A stretch of DNA of 64,000 nucleotides. It comes from the human T2T-CHM13v2.0 reference genome, Homo sapiens. The stretch lies in NCBI RefSeq assembly GCF_009914755.1, contig NC_060925.1. One strand, written 5' to 3'. The notes under the pieces are model-generated. The model saw only the letters and a program-made list of their open reading frames with translations. It searched no databases and was not told where the DNA came from. Below are positions 28,720 through 43,940 of this stretch, piece after piece; position 1 is the stretch's first letter, and each line of letters opens with the position of its first letter. Position numbers and translations under genes: made by a program.

Positions 28720-29353
28720 AAAATTGGTGTTGTAACATGTGTTTTGGAAACAAGGCATTTGTATCAAAAAACATTCTCATGTATCTGATGGCAAGTAAAT
28801 TCTATTATTATCCAGTTGGTTCTATTGATGGCTCTTTTAGGGTATATTTGGGCCAGGTCCTACGTCTCTTTCTGCTCAGTTGCCTTCCTTGCCTTGATAT
28901 AAAATCCTCTCCTTAGTTTCCATGTTAATTTCCAATTATAAATAGCTCAACTTGGTTTGTTCTAAAAAAACGAAGGGGCACAAACAAGACATGAAATATT
29001 TTCTCTAAATTAGAGAGAAATTATTCAAATTTTGATTAAAGAAAACTTTCAAATTTAGGTAAAAATCATCAAATATCATGTATTTCTCTCTTTAATTTCA
29101 AGAATCCTAGAGTAACCTAAGCCTTAACACACAGTTATCATCCAATGTAAAATATTACCCAGATATAATTCATGACATTAAAAAATGATTGGGCTATAAG
29201 TTCTCTTTTACCATTAACCTTTTGAGTATCTATTATGCAGCCTTCTAATATCTTTTTCACATATATATTCTTCATACTGATAGGATAATGTATTTTTATT
29301 TTAATTAGTTGAAATTAACTTTTAAGATTATTAAGTTGGAAATTCTATCTTCC

Positions 29354-29635
29354 TTTTTTGTTTGTTTTTTGTTTTTTGTTTTGAGACGGAGTCTCGTCTG
29401 TCACCCAGACTGGAGTGCAGTGGAGCGATCTCGGCTCATGCAAGCTCCGCCTCCCGGGTTCATGCCATCCTCCTGCCTCAGCCTCCCGAGTAGCTGGGAC
29501 TACAGCCACCCGCCACCATGTCCGGCTAATTTTTGTATTTTTAGTAGAGACGGGGTTTCACCATGTTAGCCAGGATGGTCTTGATCTCCTGATCTCGTGA
29601 TTCGCCCGCCTCGGCCTCCCAAAGTGCTGGGATTA
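29354..29635 (-). mobile_element. AluY, 5'-truncated by ~25 nt (A-box lost)
   Basis: caagctccgcctcccgggttcatgcca and gttagccaggatggtc are Y-type. Body ends at gctgggatta. TSD tatcttcc[t/a]tttttgtt at 29346 and 29636. Confidence 0.9.
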
Positions 29636-29806
29636 TATCTTCCATTTTTGTTAAAGTGTTAGATTATCCCCTGCTGTTTTGTCTACTATTCAAATGGAGC
29701 AAAATTTGAGAAGGAAAAAAAATGAAAAATTTTATCTTAGATACTCCCCTAGAGTAAGAAAAAGGAAAAGGAAATTCAGAGAGTTCTATAAAAGACTGAA
29801 TAATTT

Positions 29807-30326
29807 CCCATTACTGGGCATATACCCAAAGGACTATAAATCATGCTGCTATAAAGACACATGCACACGTATGTTTATTGCGGCATTATTCACAATAGCA
29901 AAGACTTGGAACCAACCGAAATGTCCAACAATGATAGACTGGATTAAGAAAATGTGGCACATATACACCATGGAATACTATGCAGCCATAAAAAATGATG
30001 AGTTCATGTCCTTTGTAGGGACATGGATGAAATTGGAAATCATCATTCTCAGTAAACTATCGCAAGAACAAAAAACCGAACACCGCATATTCTCACTCAT
30101 AGGTGGGAATTGAACAATGAGATCACATGGACACAGGAAGGGGAATATCACGCTCTGGGGACTGTTGTGGGGTGGGGGGAGGGGGGAGGGATAGCATTGG
30201 GAGATATACCTAATGCTAGATGACGAGTTAGTGGGTGCAGCGCACCAGCATGGCACATGTATACATATGTAACTAACCTGCACGATGTGCACATGTACCC
30301 TAAAACTTAAAGTATAATAAAAAAAA
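29807..30326 (+). mobile_element. L1PA2-like 3' end (~520 bp)
   Basis: gctagatgacGAGttagtgggtgcagcgcaccagc, gagatcacatggac and cttaaagt. TSD aaaaga[c/t]tgaataattt at 29790-29806 and 30327-30343. Confidence 0.93.
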
Positions 30327-30919
30327 AAAAGATTGAATAATTTTGGTTTATCTGAGGTTTTCACTATTCCCTAAGAGCCTCAGAGGAAAGGTAGTTTCTG
30401 GTATTTGCAATATCTTAAGGAAAACTGATTTTTAAAAAATCCTAAGTATTATTTACATAACAGGATGATCTTTTCACAAGCTTTAGGGTAAAGAGGGATT
30501 TTAAATGCACCATTTTTTAATTATGCATTTGCCTAGGTCACATCTTGTACTCATTTTCTTTATTGCCAAAAAGCATTCATTACGCATTTGTAGACTAACC
30601 ACTGAGATACCCAGTGAATTCACACAAACAACTAGAATTTCTATAGACAGGAAAACACTGTGTCAGAGGTTACCAGCTACACATCATTTTAAAGAAATCC
30701 CAGCCATTTTCATTCGGTCTTATCAGATACTATAGATAACAATTAGACATGCTCCCTCCCAATTCCTCCACCTTCATCTTCTACTGAGGTTACTGAGATT
30801 TAACCACGCCATTCATTCATTTAATATTTAATAGTTTATTCAATATTTAATACATTAATATTTGCAGCAAATGTTTTTTGTACATATTATAACCCAGGCT
30901 TACATGAGATTTAGATACT

Positions 30920-31399
30920 TTTTTATTATTACTATACTTTAAGTCCTGGGATACATGTGCAGAACCTGCAGGTTTGTTACATAGGTACACACATGCCATG
31001 GTTGTTTGCTGCACCCATCAACCCATCATCTACATTAGGTATTTCTCCTAATGCTATCCCTCCCCTAGCCCCGCATTCCCTGACAGGTCCTGGTGTGTGA
31101 TATTCCCCTCCCTGTGTCCATGTATTCTCATTGTCCAATTCCCACTTATGAGTGAGAACATGCAGTGTTTGGTTTTCTGTTACTGTATTAGTTTGCTGAG
31201 AATGATGGTTTCCAGCTTCATCCATGTCCCTGCAAAGGACATGAACTCATCCTTTTTTATGGCTGCATAGTATTCCATGGTGTATATGTGCCACATTTTC
31301 TTTATCCAGTCTATCATTGATGGACATTTGGGTTGGTTCCAAGTCTTTGCTATTGTGAACAGTGCCACAATAAACATACATGTGCATGTGTCTTGATAG
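30920..31399 (-). mobile_element. L1PA7-like 3' end (~480 bp)
   Basis: Antisense 3'UTR (catctacattaggtatttctcctaatgctatccctcccctagcc). TSD tagatact at 30912-30919 and 31400-31407. Confidence 0.9.
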
Positions 31400-31513
31400 T
31401 AGATACTAAAAGGGTAAATAAGATATAGTCCTTGAACTCAGATATTAACTAGAAACAGAAATAGACGACAAAAAAAGAACTGCAAATACCATGCATAGAT
31501 AACATATGAAAGG

Positions 31514-31881
31514 TGTTTTTAAAAATTTAATTGGGAGTCCATTAGGCTGAGACAGCTTCAGTGCCTTGGGTTCCTCCATAAGCAAACCAAAGCCCAATGA
31601 AAACAGCAAAATGAAATTATGCTTAGCCAATCAGAAATCATCAGCTAACCTCTAAATATAGACTTTACCTATCAGAAACCACCACTAACCTCTAACTAGG
31701 GACTTTCCACTTTAACCAATCAGATGCATTTTCTTTGTCTTTCTTCCGTGAACACCTTATAAGTTTCCTCTCTTGCCCCAGCCCCCTAACCCCAGTGGTC
31801 TGCTGCTGCCCAATTCATGAATCACTATCTGATCAAATAAACTCATTAAAATTTGAATATGCTTAAGTTTATCTCTTAACA
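31514..31881 (+). mobile_element. ERV1 solo LTR (MER93/MER57E-like)
   Basis: TG...aattgggagtccattaggctgag...cccaattcatgaatc...caaataaactc...ttaaCA, with flanks aagg/aggg. Confidence 0.75.
31699..31708 (+). promoter_or_regulatory. Canonical NF-kB motif GGGACTTTCC within LTR U3
   Basis: Exact match to the Ig-kappa/HIV kB site, between CCAATCAG boxes at 31627 and 31716. Motif only; function untested. Confidence 0.5.
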
Positions 31882-33404
31882 AGGGTATGCCAAAGTTCAG
31901 CTGGACCAGAAGGTGTTCATCTCTGCATGGGAAGCAAAGTGTGAGCTAAATATTGAAGGATGAGCTCAGTTTGTACAAATTTTAAGCAGGGGATAACATG
32001 TTCAGGTTTTCATGTAAAACAGATGAGTCTGTTGGCAGTGTGGATGATGACTGGAGCAGAGTAGGACTGGAGGGAGCACCATCACAGGAGAAAAATCACC
32101 CAACGAAATCATAACCAGCAGGAGGAGAAGGGAAATATAAATTTTAGTTGAAACCATCTTACCAGAATAGGCTGTTTAGTATGTTAATCTAGTTAACTGA
32201 AGAAGCAGGATCTGTATCTTAATGTCTTGGCAAATGCTGGCATTCATCCCTCCTTATTCAAGTAATACATTTTGGGGCTCATGGCAGAGAGCACAGAATA
32301 AAAGAGGAAAACAGGCAAACTCATGACAATGCATTTATGCTGCACGCCTTTTCAACTGCAAGGCCCTCCCTTCAATGAATGAGCTTACTTGGCCTGGCAA
32401 ATGTTCACCCAGGCAGGCAACACAGAGAGCTTCTCAGACCCATGCTTGCTGGAAGCTGCCATCAAATTTAAAACACCTGTGGCATTGCAACCAAACTGAA
32501 TACCAAATCAGTCCTTTGTAAAGGAGGGAGTAGCTGCTTGGGGATAAATACCCTCATGCGGAAAAACGTGCTGCAGAAAATGAGCTTTTTGTGCCAGCTC
32601 AACAAGCACTGCCATATTCTGACAGCTGCGGGCTGCAACGGGGACTTAGCAAGGCTTTTAAAGCAGCACTAGGTATTTGATGTTTCTTTCTCTCTAGCTG
32701 GATAGTGAGTTGTTGGGGGCAAAGCACCATGTTGCCTGCATCTGTACCCTACCACCTAGCGCCAAGCCTACAACATGATAAAGGCTAAATAAATGACTGT
32801 CAAACCGCTTTTAAAATGTTAATTTTTATTGGAAAGCCAATGCATTCATATTTTATTGTCTTTTTTTCATAGCTTGGTCATTCAGCCCTGAAGAATATTA
32901 ACAATACACATCTCTATCTATATATTATTTTTTAATTATACTTAAGGACATATAGAAAATAAGTAGTTAAACTTGGATGCATTCTATAAACTATATATGG
33001 TTCATGCTATAGCACTCTGTCCATTACATTTTTCTAGAATATTGTTTTGTTGAATCAGTTATTAAGATAGAATAGCTTAGCATGTACTTATAAACAATTT
33101 TGTATTGTGGTTCTGGTTTTTTCCCACTTTCCAAAAGCCCTATTTCAATTTCTGCAGTTCTAAAGGAGATTTGAGTTCTTTTAAAATTACTTATTAATTA
33201 AGTAATAATAATTACAAAGACAATTATTATAATTCTTAGCAACGTAATCCATGTTTATTCTAGAAAACAAACTCAATGGAAACAAGCAAAATGAAAAGGC
33301 ATTCATAATTCCACCAACCAGGCAGAACCACTCTTAGTATTTTGTTATATACCTTTGCAGATATTTTCATTGGAAAATAAATGCAAATATAAAATTTCAG
33401 GTAG

Positions 33405-34668
33405 AAGGGCTTCAACATGGCTGACTAGAGGCATATGGTACCACCTCCTCTAAAAAGAAGAAACAAAATAGGAAGTAAATAATCACACTTCGGATAGATC
33501 ACCTAAGAGAGAATGCTGGAATTCAATAGAGAAGTAACAGGAAACAACTAAAGCAAGGAAGGAGGGGGAAGCAAGGCAGGCAGCCTGCTTGGCAGGATCA
33601 GCTGGGAGCCAGGAGAGGCTCTCCAGTGTGGAAAAGGATAAGTGAGTGACCCCCCAACCAGTGGTCCATATTCCCTCTGTGGACTCCTGCAATCCAAACC
33701 ACAGAATAGCCCCTCAACCCACACCGGCCCTGAGACTAACATAAATAAGGAGCTACCTGGAAGCCGAATGATGGCCTTGCTCCAGAGAAGGAGCTCAAGC
33801 TGGGTCCCACACACCTCCACAAGTCCTAAGAAGCTTCTTATCCTAGTAACAATAGCTACTATTAAAAAGGCAAAAAATAACAGATACTGACAAGGATGCA
33901 GAGAAAAGGGAACTTTTATATGCTGTTGGTGGGAATGTAAATTAGTACAACCACTATGGAAAACAGTATGGAGATTTCTCAAAAAACTAAGAATAGAACT
34001 ATGATATGATTTATCTATCCCACGACTATTTATCCAAAGGAAAAGAAATTAAATATATAGAAGTGATACCTGCACTTGCATGTTTGTTGCAGCACTATTC
34101 ACAGTAGGCAAGATATGCAGTCAACCTAAGTGTCCATCAACAGATGAATGGATAAAGAAAATGTTGTACACATATGCAATGGAATACTATTCAGCCACAA
34201 AGAAATATGAAATCATGTCATCTCTAGCAACATAGACGGAACTGGAGGTCATTATGTTAAGTGAAATAAACCAGGCACAGTAAGACAAATACTGCGTGTT
34301 CTCACTCATATGTGGGAGCTAAAAAAGTTGATCTTATGGAGGTACAGAGTAGAATGACAGATACCAGAAGCTGGGAAGGGTGTCTGGTTTGGTGGCGGTG
34401 GCAGTAGGAGATAAGAGAGGTTGGTTGATGGCTACAAATGTGAGTCTAAGTAGAAGGAATATGTTCTGATGTTCGATAGCAGAGTAGGATGGCTGTAGTT
34501 AACAACCACTGTATATTTCAAAACAGCCAGGAGAGAGGACTTGAAATGTTTCTAACACATAGAAATAATGAATACTCAAGGCGATAGATAGCCTATATAC
34601 CCTGACTTGAGCATTACATATTCCATGCATGTACCCCACAAATATGTACAAATATTATGTATCAATTT
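33405..34668 (+). mobile_element. L1MA-type LINE-1: 5'UTR segment joined directly to 3' end
   Basis: 33405-~33835 begins cttcaacatggctgactagaggc (L1M 5' end-like). ~33836-34668 is the ORF2 C-terminus and L1MA 3'UTR (ggtgggaatgtaaattagtacaaccactatgga...gtaccccacaaatatgtac). Confidence 0.75.
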
Positions 34669-36134
34669 AAGTGTTTTTTCAAAAACAGAATTATTATAGA
34701 CAGGCTATTCTATAAGATTTTGTCACTTAATAATATACCATGAATACATACATTACACATACATACATACATACATACATTATGGGAATTTATCAAAATG
34801 AAATATGTTTATCCAATTCTCTGTTGCTGAAATTTTAGGTTATTTTCTATATTTTCCTGTTATAAAGGATGCTGTGATGTATCTACTTGCAAATACACTT
34901 ATGCAACATTTTTTCTAATTTTTTGAGCTATACCAGAACTTCATTTTTATTGTGATTTTCATAATGACGCTGATTTTTAATATGTGAATTGTTATTAATT
35001 ATAAGAGGCCAGGCCCAGGAACTGGTATCTTAAAGACTTTTTAAATGTTAAGCACATGACTTATATCTCTTAGCCTTTTTCTTTACTTACAATTAAAAAC
35101 CATTGGCAGCTATGAATGTTATAATTAACTTTGACTTAATGCATTTTTAAAATATCTAATTTCAGCCATATCTTTATCATAGCAATAGGTTACAAAAATT
35201 ATTTAGGATAATGGTAACTCATTAGAGGCTCATTGATTTTCATTGTTTAAAATGCATAGGACTTAACTCAGAATTTTTAATGTAATTTTTTATTTTATTG
35301 AATTAATCTTTAATATTTACATTAAAAATATAAAGTATTTATAGTTTTAAAATACCTGTGTCATTGAAATACCTGTACAAAATATGAGCTTATAATTGTC
35401 ATTCTAAATTTACCCAGGTTCTAACTTCCTTGCCTCCATTCAACTGTGTTTACACCATGATTCTTAATAATTCAAGGTTTCTTAAGAACATGACAATTGT
35501 GTTATAGCAGAACTAACTTTATTCCTAAACATGAATTTGCTGAATTAAGGTTATGCCTATTTTAATACATAATGATGATTTTGATCTCTAATGCTATCCT
35601 TAGGACCAAGAAATACAGGCATACCAAGTTTTAATGTGCTTCACTTTATCGCACTTTTCAGACATTGCATTTTTTACAAATTGAAGGTTTGTGGCAACGT
35701 TGCATCGAGCAAGTCTATCAGCACCATTTTTCCAACAGTATGTGCTCATTTCATGTCTCTGTGTCACATTTTGGTCATTGTCACAATATTTCAAACTTTT
35801 TCATTGTTATCATATCGGTTATGATGATCTGTAATCAGTAATTTTTTTATATTTTCCCCAATATGATGTGCAAAAAAATCAGTGATCTTTGATGTTACTA
35901 TCGTAATTATTTGAGGCACCATGAGCCACACCCGGATAAGATAGAAAACAATCAATAAATGTTGTGAGTGTTCTGACTCCTCCACTGACAGGTGGTTTAT
36001 CTCTCTCTTCTCAGTCCTTCCTCTTCCCTGAAATGCAACAATATTAAAATTTGACCAATTAACTTTAATTAACTAACTTCAATTAATTAATTGAAGTTAA
36101 TAGGCATCATTAATTGAAGTTAATTGGCATAATT

Positions 36135-40132
<3,998 letters not shown>

Positions 40133-41333
40133 AACAAACTTCTTGGTTATCTTTTTAAAAAATTGCCATTGCCACCCCAACATTCAGCAGCAGCCACCAC
40201 CCTGATCATTCAGCAAACATCAACACTGAGGTTGTGACTCTCCACCAACTAGAAGATTAGGACTCAGTGAAAGCTTAGATGATCATTAGCATTTTCTAGC
40301 AATAAAGTATTTTTAAGTAAGGTATGTATATTTTTTAGACATAATGCTATTGCACATTTAATAGACTACAAATAGTGTAAACATAACTTTCACATGTACT
40401 AGGAAACCAAAAAAATCCATGTGACTCACTTTAGTGCTATATTCACTTTATTGTGGTGGTCTGGAACTGAACCTGCAATACCTCCAGTGCATACCTGTAC
40501 ATGTCATAGAGCTAAAGAGAGTGTAGTCTCTTAAATGAGGAAAAAAAACAAAATAAGATAAAAAGAAAATACAAAAGTGGGAAATTAGTCACTATTATTT
40601 GTAGAAAGGAAGAAATAGTTCTCAGAGAAAAGATAAAATTACAGGAAAAATTGCAAACTGAAAGATTTTAAACTTCCAAATTACTGCTGTTTTCACTAAG
40701 ATAATAGTTGTCTAATCCTTTGCTATAATTTAGTTTGGTCAAACAAATCATCTCAGTATCACATTCTGAGAAATTTTTTTTGGTTACATAATTTTCAGAG
40801 AAGTCAATTTCAAGAACATAAATGAAGATAATTAGAGCTGGGAGAAGCAGATATAGCAGGTTACCAGGTTTTTACAGAATAAGTAAAATGAACTGTTGGT
40901 TGCACAAAGTTGATAATTTGTATTTGCTTAGCATAACTTTTTAGCAAAACTCTTTCAGGATGTGTCAAGCTTGAACAGTATATAAAATTTCCAACTGACA
41001 CTCAATTGCACAATATGACACAGATGAATGCAATAATAGAATGTATGAAAATGTCTGGTCCCGCCTTTTTATACCTAGAATCAGCTGGTATATTTTAGAA
41101 AACCAACAAAACAAAATAATTATAATCAAACATCTGGCACTGCTGTAGTTTTCTATGGTATTATTGACTTCTTCAGTGACATTGTGAGAATAAATGAAAT
41201 AACATACCTAAAAAACCTAGACTAATACAATGTAGTTATAACTGTAGTTCTGGAGTTACCTCTTTTCCTATGTTGCAAAAAACAGGTAAATGCATTGGTA
41301 TATCTGGACATATGTGTTGGGTTTCTTAAAGGC

Positions 41334-41771
41334 TGTGATGGTTAATACTGAGTGTCAACTTGATTGGATTGAAGGATACAAAGTATTGATCCTGGGTGTG
41401 TTTATAAGGATGTTGCTAAAAGAGATTCACATTTGAGTCAGTGGGCTGGGAAAGGCAGACCCACCCTTAATCTGGGTGGGCACAATCTAATCAGCTGTCA
41501 TCGAGGCTGGAATATAAGCAGGCAGAAAAATGTGTAAAGGGAGACTGGCCTAGCCTCCCAGCCTACATCTTTCTCCTGTGCTGGATACTTTCTGCCCTAG
41601 AACATCGGACTCCAGGTTCTTCATTTTTGGAACTCGGACTGGCTCTCCTTTGTCCTCAGCCTGCAGACAGCCTATTGTAGAACCTTGTGATTGTGTGAGT
41701 TAATATTTAATGAACTTGCCTTTATATTTATATCTATTCCATTAGTTCTGTCCCTCTAGAGAACCCTGACT
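41334..41771 (+). mobile_element. MLT2A (A2-like) HERV-L solo LTR
   Basis: TGTGATGGTTAATACTGAGTGTCAACTTGATTGGATTGAAGGATACAAAG...ttctgtccctctagagaaccctgact. The last few bases are missing. Confidence 0.92.
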
Positions 41772-41985
41772 CAATGAATATCAACAACATCCATATTCTC
41801 CACCTGAGTTCTGAGCCATTCAAAATATAGACCTAGCTGTCAAACAGTAGAAGGTAAATATTTCAGCTTTATTATGAGTAAAGTCATTTGGAGAATAGCT
41901 TAGATCTGCATGCAAGATGTCTCAGCCAGTCTAGCAGCTGTGAACAGCTAGAGGACCACTGTAGGCCCACAGAGGCAGAGCCTGC

Positions 41986-42454
41986 TGACAGACTCTCTCC
42001 TTGACCAATTTGTCTCTGAGCCTTCTTTCTACTAAAGCTTGACCTTTGCCCCTGTCCTTGCTGAGCCTGCCTATCCCAATTTTATCATGAATTTTGCTAA
42101 ATTAGTTTAGAAAGAATCCCCCACCCTTGATATTTGATCATCCTTGATATCTGATTAAATTCCTCATCTCTTACCATCTTCTAGGTGATACCTCGTCATC
42201 TTGGTCTGCCTTCAGCAAGGATCATGTTAGTTTAGCAAGAATTACCCCTACCCTTGATGTCTTCTCTTAGGAATTTTCCATCCACTGCCCCCCCTTCTCC
42301 CTAACCTGCTCCTTAGCTGTAAAATTCCATTTATTTTTGTATTTGAAATTGAGCTGGATCTTCCTTCCCTATTACAATAGTCTGGACAACTATCACCATA
42401 GTTCTGAATAGTCTTCCTCACCATTTTAACAAGTGTCAGAATAATTATTTAACA
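41986..42454 (+). mobile_element. MER31-like ERV1 solo LTR
   Basis: TGACAgactctctccttgacca...agaatccccacccttgatat...tttaaCA with perfect 4-bp TSD ctgc (41982-41985, 42455-42458). Confidence 0.85.
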
Positions 42455-43169
42455 CTGCTCCATTCAATTTACATCATGGCAGAGAAAGAGATGAGAATAA
42501 ACTTTCTCTGCAATCAGGCAGAACCCAATAAGAGAACCAGGAGCAGCCAAAATGTGTACGCACATCTAATTCTGGCTTCCAAACTTGTTGAGCAGGAAAA
42601 AGTATAAGGAAGCAGAAAGATTTTAATTTAACTAAATATAGTCACATTCACTATGCACAATGAGTTTCTTAAATATTCTTTCTCCTGTCCTGTCCTTAAT
42701 GTTAATCAGGACAAATAGTAAAAGTGCAACCTCTAATTCAGGTCTTCTAAAGAAGCACCATGTGCCCACAACTAAAAAGAGTGAAAAACAAATGTAAAAC
42801 ATAATCCTTACCGGCAAGGAAATTATCCAACAATTATCATTAATGAAACACTAATTAGTTAACATGAAATTAGCTTAGTGACCACCTACTCTGTGCTGAG
42901 AACAACACTTTAAGAGAATTCAGAAGTGTGATATTTGGTCCCTGGTACCAAAAGGCTTAAGCTCTAAAATTTGACCTTCATATGTCCAGAATGCCAATCT
43001 CTAGGAGCCTCAGCCCTCAGTAATAACACCAAGGATCTGAAAATAACTAAATTCAGACTTCAGGTGACAGACAACAGTTACATAGGTTAAGAGATTCTGT
43101 GCCTCCTGGTTATACACACTTACAATTATGTCTTTGTCTCCAAACGACCTCCTTCACTCACTCATGCCC

Positions 43170-43940
43170 TGAAAAAAAGTATCATTGATCTCTACCTTCT
43201 CACCCACATAACAAATCCATCAGCAAATTCTGTTGCTCAGACCTCCAAAGTCAAACCTGATTCTGTCCACTTCTCACAACCTCCACTGTCACCAATAATA
43301 CGTGGAGCCACTGCCTGGACCTTGTAATCAGACTTGCGACTATTCAGGGAATTTCTCCCTTACCTGTTCAATCCATGCAGCTGGAAATCTTCTTAAGATA
43401 TATTTGAGATCTTCCCACTTTCCTGCTTAAACCTATTTCCAACTGCACTTAGGAAAAATTTAAATCCATAAAATAGCCAAAAAGGTCATGCAGTGTCTGA
43501 CTCCACCAGCTGCACATTGCTTTGTGTCACTATACTCCTGCGACATTGGCTTCTCTTTAATTCCTACAAGCACCAAGCTCCTTTGCAACCTGGGGCTTTA
43601 ACATATGATATTCCCTTGGCCTGGGATGTTCTTCCCTTGCTCCTCATCTGGCTAAGGTTTACCTGCTCTTCGGGTTTCAGCTTAAATGTCCCTTCTCTGT
43701 GGAGGCTTTCCTTGACATACCAGTCTAAATCCGTTACCTTTGTTTTACTTCATCATAATATCCCTGTAATTTTCCTTCTTTGTGCCTTCTCTAATTTATA
43801 CTTCTATTTTTGTGCTTTTTGTTTAGTATCTATACTCTATAAGTACTATAAGACCTAGCAATGTCTGCTTTACTATTGTCTAGTAACTAGTCTAATACTG
43901 AAATACAGTGATCAATAAATACTAAATGAACAAATAATTG
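43170..43940 (+). mobile_element. L2 LINE 3' fragment
   Basis: aatccatcagcaaattctgttg...ccacttctcacaacctccactg...cagcttaaatgtcccttctctgtggaggctttcc...tcaataaatactaaatgaac. Confidence 0.8.

Noticed and set aside
29679-30113. 144-aa ORF with a basic N-terminus fused to the L1 ORF2 C-terminus
   Set aside because: A-rich flank happens to read into a truncated L1PA2. No evidence of a gene.
32520-32650. Small CpG cluster with an ACGTG (HRE-like) motif
   Set aside because: Too short and sparse for a CpG island; the motif is expected by chance.
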